DNA of 64,000 bases. It comes from Bugula neritina. Its lineage: Eukaryota > Animalia > Bryozoa. How positions within the stretch are numbered: position 1 is the stretch's first letter; each line of letters begins with the position of its first letter. Below are positions 37,041-52,951 of this stretch, piece by piece. Both the position numbers and the translations under genes were made by a program. Location of the stretch: positions 7,224,741 through 7,288,740 of the forward strand of contig OZ037768.1 in assembly GCA_964035545.1 (NCBI GenBank). Direction: 5' to 3'. Under the pieces are notes generated by a model that saw only the letters and a list, made by a program, of their open reading frames with translations, had not been told where the DNA came from and searched no databases.

Positions 37041-40000
37041 TCAAATTCTAGGGGTACTCTTGTCTACTGTGACAGCCTTTTTCAATCCACCTTTCTTGAA
37101 GGCACCAATGGAGTCAAGCAAAGCACTGCGGGAATTGTCAGACTTAGGGAGTGGAGGTGTAGCAACTGGGGCTGCGTTAGCAGGAGGAGGTCCCGGTGGA
37201 GGAGGAGGTCCTGGTGGTGGGGGAGGTGGGGGGACACCACTGGGGGGTGGTGGGGCTGATACAGGACTCTGAGGGGGAGCAGCAGCTTTAACAGACCTCT
37301 TTGACTGCAGGTCACTAGCTTTCTTTGAACTATTCCCTACAATATTAAATCAACAATATTTTATCAAATTAAATATTTATTTGTTGTTTTCTAACTTTAT
37401 TTGATAAAATCCGAGTTAATAATTCAATATTATCAAGGGTTAGAAACAAAAAGCATAGGGATTCAGTTATACTAGAAACCAGAACATACAGAAAGCATCA
37501 GGTAACAAATTTAAACATGAACTATTCATATTTTAGACTATAAGGAACATGAATTGAGACATTAATTGCACACAGAAGTTAAGCTTCTACACAATAGTTA
37601 CTAGCTAGTCACAATTTCTAAGTTAACATAGCAACACAACAGCGTGGAGTAAAAGCTGTGTTAGAACCAGCAGTGCCGAAGGCGGAAACAGAGCAAGCTG
37701 ACTAAAAGATGAAGCATGGTAGGTTAATGTACAGCAGCTTGGCTGAAATTCTGACACTGCAGTTACAAGAAGCTATCACATGGTACTAATACACCAGCGC
37801 AAAACATAAATTCTAACACTAGTACTAACAAATGGTGAAACTATTGCACAATGTAACAGTACCTTTGGTCATAGAATGGGTGCTAAAAGCAAAACATAAC
37901 ATTTTATAATAACTCAAGCAAGCATTTGTAATAAAATAATTAAAGCTTTTTACTTAAAATATTAGGCAAAGTGCATTTTTAAGATAAATTATGCTCTATT
38001 ACAACTTTGACAACATGGCCATCATTCTGGGGTTGGATTGTAAATTTGACTTTTATTTGAATTTAGAGGAACATTTACAAAAATGTTAGTATTCAGTTTT
38101 GTAACTATATAATGAGTGTACAATTTTGGGAAGACTTTAGCCACAGCCACATGAAACTGTAGAAATTCCATAAAGTTATAAATTTCATAACTAATTGGAC
38201 AGGTTGGAATCAGATAAAAAATAGAGTTAGTTCCTAAGAGTTCATGGAAAACAAGATAGAGGAAAACCTACCAGGCATAGCTAACCCGGATTGAGTAGAT
38301 AAATCTTGAGTTTCATCAACCACTGACTTCTACAAACAATATACTCGAAGATTATTTCAATAGCCTAACACTATATTCAGAACAAATGTTGGTCAGAAAA
38401 TGATGCATGACAGGAGAAGATAATTTAGAAAGATAAAATTGAGTGTATAAAAAATGTTCTATGAAAATTGTTCATAAAATTAATGGTTTTACTATTTATT
38501 GGGACAGTTCGATCATATAACCACTCCACTGATGCTAAACTGTGAAAATGTTATTCAAATTGTCACAAGCATCTTAAATATTAACATAATAGACCAAAAA
38601 GTTGTTGAACTCTAGTTTTATTACATTAAACAATAATGCTTCAGATATGCCGTGAGCTCTTTAACGATATTAAACAAACGATATATCATTTATCTTTATT
38701 ATCTTAGTTTTATGATGCTCTTCACATTTCACACGCCACATCAGTTACCATGTCCGCACTTCCTCGGTACCAATTATCATGCTATACTCAACTAAATACA
38801 TTCCAAACATAAATTCTAACGGCAACAAACCTTCTGAGACTGCTTGCGCTTCCTTCTTTCTTCATCTGACATGTGATAGGCATGAACTTTACTTCTCTTT
38901 CTAATCTGACTCACCTATAATAACAAATATATCTTAAATATATTTCATACACTAACATATCTAAAATACTAATATAATATATACTAATTAATACCTAATA
39001 TACCCAGAATAATAATAAATATATCTTACTACAGTATCCTGACGTCTGCATTGACCTCTCCAGCTGAATAATAATAATCTACTAGGTGTATGAGTGCATA
39101 TGAGGGTGTCATTGTTTGTCTCAAAACCAAAGAACCAAAATAACTTGAAAATGTGTATTACAACTTAAACAATTATCTTAAATCTTAGAGTTCTAAAAGC
39201 ATTAGCCTTATTCAACTTCATAAATTTAAAAATACTAAAGAACATGAATAAATCTTCATCAATTACATAATCACTATTTTATTTATATATATTTGGAAAT
39301 TGTTATATATATATATATATATATATAAGCTAAAAAGTATCCTTACTATAAGAGAGTAGAGGGTGTAAAACTAACCAGTCGTTGTTCATCTTTCAACTTT
39401 TGCTCAAAATCTGATTTACAGTTTCTCAAAGTTTCCTTCAGTTTGCTCGGAATTTTCACAACAGGTTTGGATATTGGTGGAAGGTTTACCTCAGCAAACA
39501 GTCTGCAAAAAATGTAAACAATTTCTGCCTTTCAAAAACATCTCCTAAGTTGCTATTCTCACAATTTTCATACCAAAATGGTGTAACAAAATTTCTACTC
39601 AGGCCTGCTGCAAATTTGTATCTTTATCCCCAACAAAATTCACAACAGAGCAACTATTTATAAGTTATAATGATAGCACAATACTGACTTATATGAGGAG
39701 ACACAATGTACTAAAAAGCACTTTACTGTAATACCAATTTATTAATGCCAAGTTATTGGTTGAATCAAATTTTTATTTTTACAACTAGAAGAAGTACCAA
39801 TTATTAATTTTAGTTATAACTATAGAAATTAACGGAGTCAAGTCAAGTTTCTTTATGCTGTCTTTACATTGATTATACCTAGAAGTATTATAATATAATC
39901 AACAGCTATTTTAATTAATATTATTTTCAAGAAAGATTTTAATTATAATTTTGCACAAGAGGAATAGCACAACCCAAACCACCTTCTAACAAGAGCATCT

Positions 40001-43000
40001 TACTAGGCAATAATATGTTAATTAATTTTTACAGCACCAGCTCTAGAATTCTGCTTGATGCATACATGAAATTTAAAAAAATACTTAAAAACACATCTAA
40101 ATTCGAAACTAATAAACAAAAAATGTTCTCAATAAATGAAAAATCTCAAGTGCTGCGTTGAATAAAGTGTCAACAGATGGAAGATAAATAAATAGTTTCT
40201 GAAACAGATAACAGATAACAGATCACTACTTACGGTAGAGTAAGTAACTCATCTACAGTAAGTATTCCAGCTTTGAGAGGGTCAACCGTGAGAAGCTGGG
40301 CTAGTAAGGATTCTACAAACAACACCTTTTAGTTAAGTTATACTAAAATACTTCAGTGATTGCAACATTTATTATGTTAAACACTTCATCTACTGTTCAT
40401 GTATGAAACATTATTTAGAGTTTACACCAACTGTTACTGTATAAAATAGTATTATTAGCCAAAGAGTGTTCAATGTTGAAATAAAATTGCTAGAGACTCC
40501 AAAATTCTAAGTTGAAACATTTTTGTTACTATAAGTTTCATTCCTACAGCACTCTTCAGATAAAATGTAATATGCAGTGATACAAACACAGCTATATTTT
40601 ATCACTAAATCCATGTTTTATATAAACTGTTTGAAGTAAGTTATTATAAAATGTTGCTATAAATATCCAATCAATCATCTTACCAACATCTGGGGAGGAG
40701 GCACCTGGGAGCGCTTCAAATGAAGAAGAATTTAGTGGAATACCGTACACCATTTGATAGAGCATGTGACCAAATGCATACGAGTTGAGAGTTTCATATG
40801 TCTGAAAGGGGTTGAAATGTTTAGAGGATTATAATATAAATCAGCATATAGACTGTATTGATAAGAACATGTTGCTTTGATTAGCAAATAAACATTCATA
40901 ATATGAATAAAAGTAAGTTGGTTGAGCTGTAAGTATGCACACTGACACAGTCATATTAGTTGGTTAAATAAAAATGGCAGGTTATAATTCTGCATTCATA
41001 ACACATGCCACGAAATTGCAGCAACGCTAGTTACAGTTATGTGTATAAAAGTTTTATATGTGTGTGTGCATGCATGCGTGTGTGTAGATAACTTGGTATG
41101 TGCACAAATATATATAAATGGCTATTATATAATTAAATAAACTCAACAGTGACCTTAATAAATTAATACTAAAACTGGAGCTCCTTTTTCTGAACTATAA
41201 ATATGAATAAATTGCAATCACAACCAGCAAACCTCTACAGAGTAAAAACTACTATAATTCCGTATATTCTCTAGTTTTGCAGTTCATAGCAGCTAATACA
41301 CTTACGTTGCATTTTCGGTGATATGTGAGAAAAGTTCGATAATAAGGGGGTAGTCCTAATATGAAGTTTTCTATGTCTCCCAGTCTGACGTTACCATCTT
41401 CAATGAATATGTTTCCCAGATGTAAGTGACCTAAAATCACAAAAGACTTAAAAATTATTTAAACGACATCACACTGCAAAAAGCATGTGTAATATTGGAA
41501 TAGCTAGAAGACCCAAGCTATTGAATTTAAGATGAGAATATACTATACAGAGACTAGGTTCTGCAGCCTCAATCAGTAAACTCCATACCCATAGGGAAGC
41601 CTTTATCAGTCATATATTTCAGTACTTCTAACACTTGTCTACCAAACTTTCTCACGTCAGGCAAGGAAATCGGCAAGAATGTCTTAGGGTTGCCGTACTT
41701 CTTGAGGTAATGAGATTTTGGTTTGGCCTAAAAACATTTTACACATTTCAAAATGATTTAAAACAACCAACTGCACTTACTATATGACAAACACTAACTT
41801 GGTGATTTAACTCCACACATTTAGGAGCCTGTTATCTGGCAACTATTACATACACTGTAAAATTATACTGATGTTGCACTTGAGTTATGCATAGCTAAGC
41901 ATTCAAATATTATCAGAATTCTGACAAGTAATTGTTGTCATGTGCTTTACTATCACAGTAATAACATCTCTGGGTCATAGTGACTTAGCTAGATATTTTT
42001 TAAGTGTCATGTTGCAAGTCATGCTATTAGTCATATGGAGTGGCATACAAAGTGTCTTATGAAATATTAGGACCAAGACTTACCTTATATATCTGATCTT
42101 TGAGAGACCCATTCTCCATATAAGGTCTGATCACCAAAGCCCCAGCAGAACTGCATGCACTATAAACTATTGGAAGTAGGTATGGGTGTTGGAATGTCTC
42201 CAGGACTTTGACTAGAGTTGTCCGCTCTTTTTCCTCTATTGGTGAATATGGCCCAACAGGCAACTGAAAACAAATATAAGAATCTATTCTTATATTATGA
42301 TAGTTAAGAAAAGTACAAATAGGGTTTTAACAAAGCATGTTAAAAAACAAATGGGGCAAAATCTGAATTGTCGTACAAATAGATCTATAAAGAGCTATCT
42401 AATCTAATTGCATTACAATGCAAATTTATCTATGCTATCAATATACAGCTGATAATAGTTATAGATATTGCTCTAAACTATTATTGGTGTTATGCAACTA
42501 AAAACTCAAATAACATGATTGTTAAAGCAAACGCAGACTTAGTAAAATTGATAATCAACAAACCCAAGTGAGCACAAATCTCTTCTTCTGAATGGTCTTG
42601 TTTTTAGCTAGAAAACAGCTTTTTCTAATTCTACCTCCTAACAACAAAGAATTCACATTATATAGCTAAAAATTACACAACATGGTTTTATGCAACACAA
42701 TTTATTATAAGAAGCACATTAAAATATCTAATAAAAATCCAGTTTTGGGTCACAAAATCTAATTGTTGGTTAAAATCTTGACTTGCAACTTTGCCCAAGA
42801 CCCAGAAGTACACTAAACAAGTAATTCGATATGAAATTAATCTATCTGGGAAATTATAACAAGAAGATTTGCCTCAAATTGAAAATCATATCAACCAATG
42901 GCAGCGCTACCCTAGCCTTTCAAACATTATTAAAAAGAAAAATTCAGAAAAATAACATAATACATTACAACATTAAGGAACTTTAGTTGAAATTGATAAT

Positions 43001-44716
43001 AATACACTACAATAGTTGTAGGGTATCATTATCATTTTATCAATAATATACAATTATAAACAATACCCCTAAATTATTTTAAAGCATCATCAAACAGTTT
43101 GGTGATTTTAGGAAATTTTAATATAATGCATTGATTTGATTCATTAAAATTATAGTATAATAAAATTGCTTGATTTAACATATTGCTTCAGCTAACTGAC
43201 TAGTCAGTGCTACACATGAAAATACTTCGTGAAGATACAATCCTCACCTATCTCTGGAAGAGGCTCCACGACTTCCCAACTTGGTTCGCTTCTCAGTAAC
43301 ATTGATATATGTTGAAGTGCCAGTTCTGCAAGCAGTAATCAGGTGATCATCGTCATAGTAATTCATCTTTTATAACAGGAAATTACACCATTCAACAGAC
43401 ATCTTACTTTGAGGCAGAGATTGCAGTTAGATCACAAATGAACTCGAAAATAGAAACATATAGAAAAATAAAGAAAATTGATTGAAACTTCAAACTTTGA
43501 CCCATCATGCCTTGCTTTATATATTGGAAAGACTGCCATAATGATGTCTGAGATTAGCAGAAAAACTTCGATATAGTATTTCTATGGTATAATATAGAGT
43601 ACCAATGTGGTAGATCACGTACCTGAGAAGTTCTGTTGGTAATAGTTATCATATAAAAACTGTTTAGTATAGATGGAGTTGGCTAGCAGCCAATTGGCCA
43701 GCACCTGGTTCAGGTAAGCCTAAATTAAATATAAAATAACATAAAACTATGCCTTTTCATGTAAACAATGAAACATCATAAACCAATAAATAAAACAAGG
43801 AAATTATGGTTTTTCTAAAAATAAAACCAACATTAGTGAATAAATGGAACTTGAAACTATTGCAGTTCAGTTCCATTCAATTGAAATCATACACTATCTA
43901 GTATATAAACAAAGTCAACTCTTATCTGAGATTACTGCCCAATACATTTGTGACAAACTTATGTATTATATAACCAGTTACAACTTCCTTGCATTATTTA
44001 ATCTTGTCAGTAGTCAATGTATCAGCATCTGTGAATGACCATGAGCTCACCATACTTACTAATTCATAATTTCCTCTTCAACTCCAAACTGTTCTTGGAA
44101 CCAATTGAAATGTAAATTACATCTACATTTTCGTAAAATGCATCTACATTTTCGTAAAATGCATCTACATTGGCCAGCTATACAATTATAAAAACACGTA
44201 CTTTTTCAAGATAAAAGGTACGATGCAAGCACACAGTTACCTGGAGTTTTTGCTGTCTCTCCGCTATGAACTCTCTACTAGTGTTACCAAACATCTTCTT
44301 TGGTGGAAGAGACAGGGAAACTCCGGACTGCTTCAGGCCATTATCCAAAGTGGTGAAGTCAGTGTATCTTCTGAACAGTTGCCAGGTTTCTTCGGCGCTA
44401 TGTCCTCTTTGCACTTTAATTCTATATTCCTTCAAAACAGAAAAATAATTGAACAAAATTTTTAGAATTACAAAGCGTAAAAATGATTACGTATTATATA
44501 AGTTACTGAAGATTGAAATTTTTCTTAATAACACAGTTGTTGAATTAATTCATGTAAAATATTTTTTTGCTATGTTATGTATACTTATAATTATAAAGAT
44601 GATGATGTGCATCACTTACTAATCCACTGTCAACTTACAATGTGATCACCAGTAACTTGTGTTGATTCTATGTTACAGAACAGCGGGACTGTATCATCAA
44701 ATATATTGTGGCTCAT
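37041..44716 (-). CDS. PXK: PX domain-containing protein kinase-like protein (PX + pseudokinase + polyproline + WH2)
   Basis: MSHNIFDDTVPL; EYRIKVQRG...RRYTDF...LPPKKMFGNTSREFIAERQQKLQ (PX); LRSEPSWEVVEPLPEIG; GSLKDQIYKAKPK; KGFPYGHLHLGN; last exon with polyproline and RSALLDSIGAFKKGGLKKAVTVDKSTPRI* (WH2). Stop at 37041-37043. Confidence 0.94.
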
Positions 44717-45159
44717 CTTCAATCTTTTTCGAAAAAATACACCACTCCGACTAACTTTACACTAAATGACTTGGTGACGAAACATAAGCTGTTGTACTGT
44801 CCCGCCAATGCTACAATTAAAAAGAATTAAGTTATGCTCTTTCGTACTGTTTACATTCAATTAAAAATAAAAAAATACAAATTGTAGGATTAAATAGACA
44901 GGCTAGTAGAAACACTAGAGCTCAACTGCTTTTTACTGACTGAAATTTTTCATAATTACCAAACAGATTGCTATTAGAACAAAAAATATTATGTTTCTAG
45001 ACAATATCTAAACTCTCGTTCAAGTTTAAAACCTGAACTCGGATATAAAATCTAAAAAATAGTTATATAACTATCCTTATGTGTATCAGCTTAAAACTTA
45101 GTACCAGCTTGAATATGCAGCCCAACTTTCAGAAATATTGATTATTTCATTTTAACGGC

Positions 45160-46900
45160 TACTGATAATGATACCAAAACATTACACTGGGTACAACAAC
45201 AATAATTTTAAAATAGTCATTATGATAATCATATAATTAACATTTAATTTTATATTATAATTGCATAATTATCATTATCACTTAATCATTATGTATCTAA
45301 ACATGAACATAAAAGTAAACATTGATATAACTCCAAATATAATAATAAGATACAGATTGACAGTAACCATAATGATAATGAATAATGATCAATATATCTT
45401 TAACCTTAATTATAAAATTATTAAATTCAATAGCTCAATTTTAAATTGTCACAGTCATAATGATTTAGATTACTATTATTATTATAATACTAACTGTAAC
45501 ATTCAATTATTTTAGTTATTTATTTTTAGTAACTTACTGTGATTATCATTACTATTATTAATAGCCATTACCATTGTGATTGTGATTATTATACAAATAC
45601 TTAATCTTTATCTTAATCATATAAACATATCGTTAAACTCAATCATAATCATAATGCTATTCAAAATTCAATTGAGGTAATAAACTGAAGTAATACATAT
45701 TGATATTCATATTGTAACTATCAAATTTTATCACTATCAGTATCACTATGACTATCAATATCAGTGATTGAGTATCACTATCAGTATGACTATCAGTATC
45801 ACTCACACTGGTGATCATGCTTGTTATTGTGATTGCTATATATTTATATATATAGTAATGATTACCCTACTGCAGTTATCACGGTTATCTGCCTCATCAT
45901 GACCAACATCAACATGAACTGATGATGATTCATGATGAGTCAGCCTCATCACATTCACTTTCAGTTTCAGTTTAACTACAAAATTAAAATCCAATAAAAA
46001 ACAAATGAAATTAATAAATCAACATGTTAGATTGTTACATTTAATAGTGATAGGTTATAGTAGCAGAGCTAGTGTTAGGTGGAGTGGACTTAAACTCGGA
46101 ATAACTGTGGGCACAGAAAAGCATTACTACAAAATGAAAATAGAAAAATATAGTAATGATCATTTTAATTTGGTAGGTGTACACAATGATATCCCTCTAT
46201 TACAAGTCATTAATTTTGTCATTACACAAAAGAGATCAATGGACATCGACTAGAGAAGCTTACTGGAATCATTACAATTGCCCCGTTTCCTAATATTTTA
46301 GATAAACAGCGTGCGTTATACACTCGCCTTTATTTCTATTTACATAAATGATGACCTCGTTATGTTGCCAAGAGTTACCTGGCGCTTCTTCCGGCCTGCA
46401 TATTATTTTTATTAGTAACTTTGTTTCTGTAGTTTAATTCAACTTGTTAAAGTTGATTTCACTGAATTTGTTATAAATATATGTATATATTTATTTATAC
46501 AGTTTATTCATTAAACTTAATTGTTTAATATAAATATAATAACAATAAAATAAATAGAAAATTTAGATGTAAATATTTGTAGCAACTGCAAGATCTAGGT
46601 CATATGACTGTATGAGTATGAATTATGATTGTGTGATTATTAATGATTATCATTAGGATTATGAATGTCATCAAAATTATAGAACTTGAATATGACATAA
46701 TTAAAGCATTTATAGTATAAATATCAAAATTAGTGCAATTCATGAAGGCTTCAAGTGCCTGTAATTTAAGCATTAAATTTAATATCTTTTCTATGTAAAA
46801 AATTATAATTAGTGCAAGTAGCATTGAGATATTTTATCTGCAATTAATATAAATAAGCTATTATTATTAATATAATTATACATGTTTTATTACTTAAGTT
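45160..46900. repeat. Degenerate 3/6-bp-periodic low-complexity tracts flanking the PXK/RNF32 promoter (approx. 45160-46000 and 46480-46900)
   Basis: e.g. ATCACT ATCAGT ATCACT ATGACT ATCAAT ATCAGT (45730-45765); the GC-richer core at ~46250-46400 lies between the two tracts. Confidence 0.7.
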
Positions 46901-46996
46901 TTATGCAATAAAAGTAAAACTGCATTTATTACTTTTATTGTTGTATTCATGTATTTGTTTAGTACTTCGAAAACTGAAAGGAAAACTCTCTGTGCA

Positions 46997-50171
<3,175 letters not shown>

Positions 50172-52103
50172 AGTAGTTCAAACTGTGGATTATTAATTAT
50201 GTGGATATATAACATAGTATTGGCTGATCTACACACCATCTCACAAAAAGGTATGTTTGAACTTACAAAGGGATATCAGAAGTATATAAATATGTAAAGT
50301 GTGCTGTTTACTTTTGTTTAAGTTGCGTGATGCTTTTTATAATGTAAAAGTATTTCTAAATAGTATAGTAATATATTATTGTACTTGTTCATTTTCATGT
50401 TTATTGATGCTTACTTGATTTTACTTATTTTATATTCTAAAGGTATAAATAGAGATTTCTTGTTCTATACACTCAGTTTCTGAGCTTGCATTTAGTTCAT
50501 GCTACATGCAGTAACTGTTGTATGGAAAGTTCTTAGTTCTTAGTTTACTGCTCAGACACTTCTTTGCATGGGTTAAAGATAAAGCAGTTAAAGCGATGTT
50601 GTCTCATTTGACAGGCATCTCAGGCTATACCTCTATTTCAGCCAGGTTTCATACCAATTTAATGCTATGTCTGCTTGCTGAAGTATATACCATCCTCTAA
50701 GAAATATAATGAAAAAGTATATGGCGATAAATTCTTACTAATTAACAGTAATTTATGTAATTGCTTTCGTTGGAAATAGGCACTAATTTATAATATTACA
50801 ACATTTATGCATTTATGTATTTATGCATGTATCAAGCTGCTTGGTCATAAAAACCTTATATATAATTATATTATGCTGCTATTAGTTTTACTAACTTAGT
50901 CAGTTCAAGCTTCACTGGAAGTCTTCATTCATAAACTCCTGAATAGCGACTGTTTAGCACTTGGAAAATTGCCAAAATGTGTAAATTGGAACAATGCCAA
51001 TTGAAATTGGACTTTTATAGTATCAAAGTGCTTAATTATCACTCAGACAGTTCGTGATGGAAATTAAAATGTCTAGCAATTTAAATATAATATTATTATG
51101 TCATTGCTCATTTCTCAAATTGAATTTACATACCTTTGTGCCCCTCCCAGTACACACGTAATATTTGGCAAAATGTCATAAATGAACCACAAATATTGAT
51201 TTTTAATCTAATCTCATTTTCACAGTTATTACAATACTTATTGCTATTGTATATGCAAAGCATAAACTTGTCAGCAACATATAAAGTTACTTATTTGGTA
51301 GATATATCATTTTGACAATACACATGGGTTTAGAAAATTGTCAAGCATCAAACAGTTGTGTTATAACTTAAGTTTATGGACAGACATATTAGGCATAAGC
51401 TTAAAACCTGTTCTCTCCATTTTTAATATAATATTTCATACATAACAACTTCAGCTTTTCATTGCAATGGAATTTAAATACAACCATTTTAAACATTTCT
51501 CTTTTGTAGATAGTTGCTATATAATTTTAACAACTGTACTATTTGACCTTGAGTTATAATTGCTTATAGTCTTTTTCCGCTGTCTACACCGCATATTATT
51601 TATTCAAATGCCCAAAATTTAGTTACCTTGCCGAGTTTTTTTCATTAAAAATATTAACAGAAGTAGCTGGTTTTTAAATAGCTAAAGGCAAGCTTGGTCA
51701 GTTTGAAAGATCTTGCCTCATTGCTTTCTAGTCTTTGTGACTACCAAGGTTTCAATCTCTTGAACATAATTGTTGCCCCAGAGCCTAGAGCTAAAGTGAA
51801 AGAGGTATTTTGTATGTCAAATACATTTAAAAGTAGGACACATGTGGGCCATCTCTTCTCCTGGCTCCTTGCCAAGTAGCCTATGCAAGTACCCTGACAT
51901 ATTTACTAAACAGCTTACTAAAATGTTTACAAATCATTGTTCAAGCAATAATAGAATGTTAATGACTGATATCTACCTTTGACTTATGGCTGTCTTGTTA
52001 TTGCTATCTGATTTTGTTTACTGTTTATAATTGAAAGGTGTGGAACCCTCCATTACTAATCAGAAAATTTGTCTGGCTAAGGTACCATCAATAACATTCA
52101 CGG

Positions 52104-52783
52104 GCTTTCCATGTACCGATCTCAGATCGATCTCGTTGAGATCGATCTGAGAAATGTGCTCAGATCGATCGTTTTTCCATGAGAGTGTCAGATCGATCTC
52201 GCGAAGTTGCCTCCTCCTAAGTGAAGGATACTTTAAAAGTATAATTTGTTCACCTATTTGAGTGATTAAAGCTACTACTGTTGAAAACAAGATGGTTGTA
52301 GTCTAAAATTTAATTTCAGCTATAAACTATACGCAGCAAAGCTTTCAGTGTATGGTAATTTGGCCAATTCAAAATAATTAATTTTAATTTTTTAGCTTGA
52401 CAGCTTATATAAACTTACTGGCTGTCTTGCAGATTATAAATAAACTTACAGGACTGTTGGGCTTAAAATTACAGAGAAAATAGCTAATGAAACTAAGTTT
52501 TAATAGTCATTTAAATTCAATTTAAATTCTCCCATTTTTTTTACCTTCTACTGCATATAATTGAGTTTTCTTAATCATTGTACTGAAAGTCAAAGTTTTG
52601 GCATCTGAAAAGGTGGCTATCATAATTATTAAATACTTTGCTTAGTAATTATCAATAAGTTATCATTTTTATTAGCAGACAACATTGTAGCGCGCAGTCT
52701 TTTTCTACTTCTCAGATCGATCTTTGGCGTCTTTCCATGGATCGATCTCGCTGAGATCGATCTGAGATCGGTACATGGAAAGC
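52104..52783. mobile_element. Non-autonomous DNA transposon (MITE), 680 bp, PIF/Harbinger-like
   Basis: 31-bp perfect TIR GCTTTCCATGTACCGATCTCAGATCGATCTC (52104-52134 / 52753-52783), extending to 41/44 bp; CGG on both sides (52101-52103, 52784-52786); repeated subterminal AGATCGATC(T) motifs; no coding capacity. Superfamily is inferred from the 3-bp TSD only. Confidence 0.85.
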
Positions 52784-52951
52784 CGGTGATTGTTGTAGCT
52801 CAAGTTGTGTACATCTGGATGACCAGGTCATTAATTGTAGTTAAGAAGAATTTTTTTCCTGAATTGGGCTGATTAAAAATAACTAAAACTGAAGTTTGTA
52901 TAATTTCAATAAACTAAAATATTATTCATCATGAAGTGCTACTACAGAAAA

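Noticed and set aside
37060-37315. Gly-rich + strand ORF and an alternative-frame - strand ORF
   Set aside because: Antisense/off-frame shadows of the PXK polyproline-WH2 exon.
44717-44745. FFEK upstream of the PXK ATG in another frame, resembling the N-terminus of PXK orthologs
   Set aside because: Out of frame, followed by a stop and lacking an ATG; too short to distinguish from chance without reads or orthologs.
52060-52290. 76-aa ORF across the MITE left end
   Set aside because: Crosses the element boundary, is built from TIR repeats and has no transposase motif.
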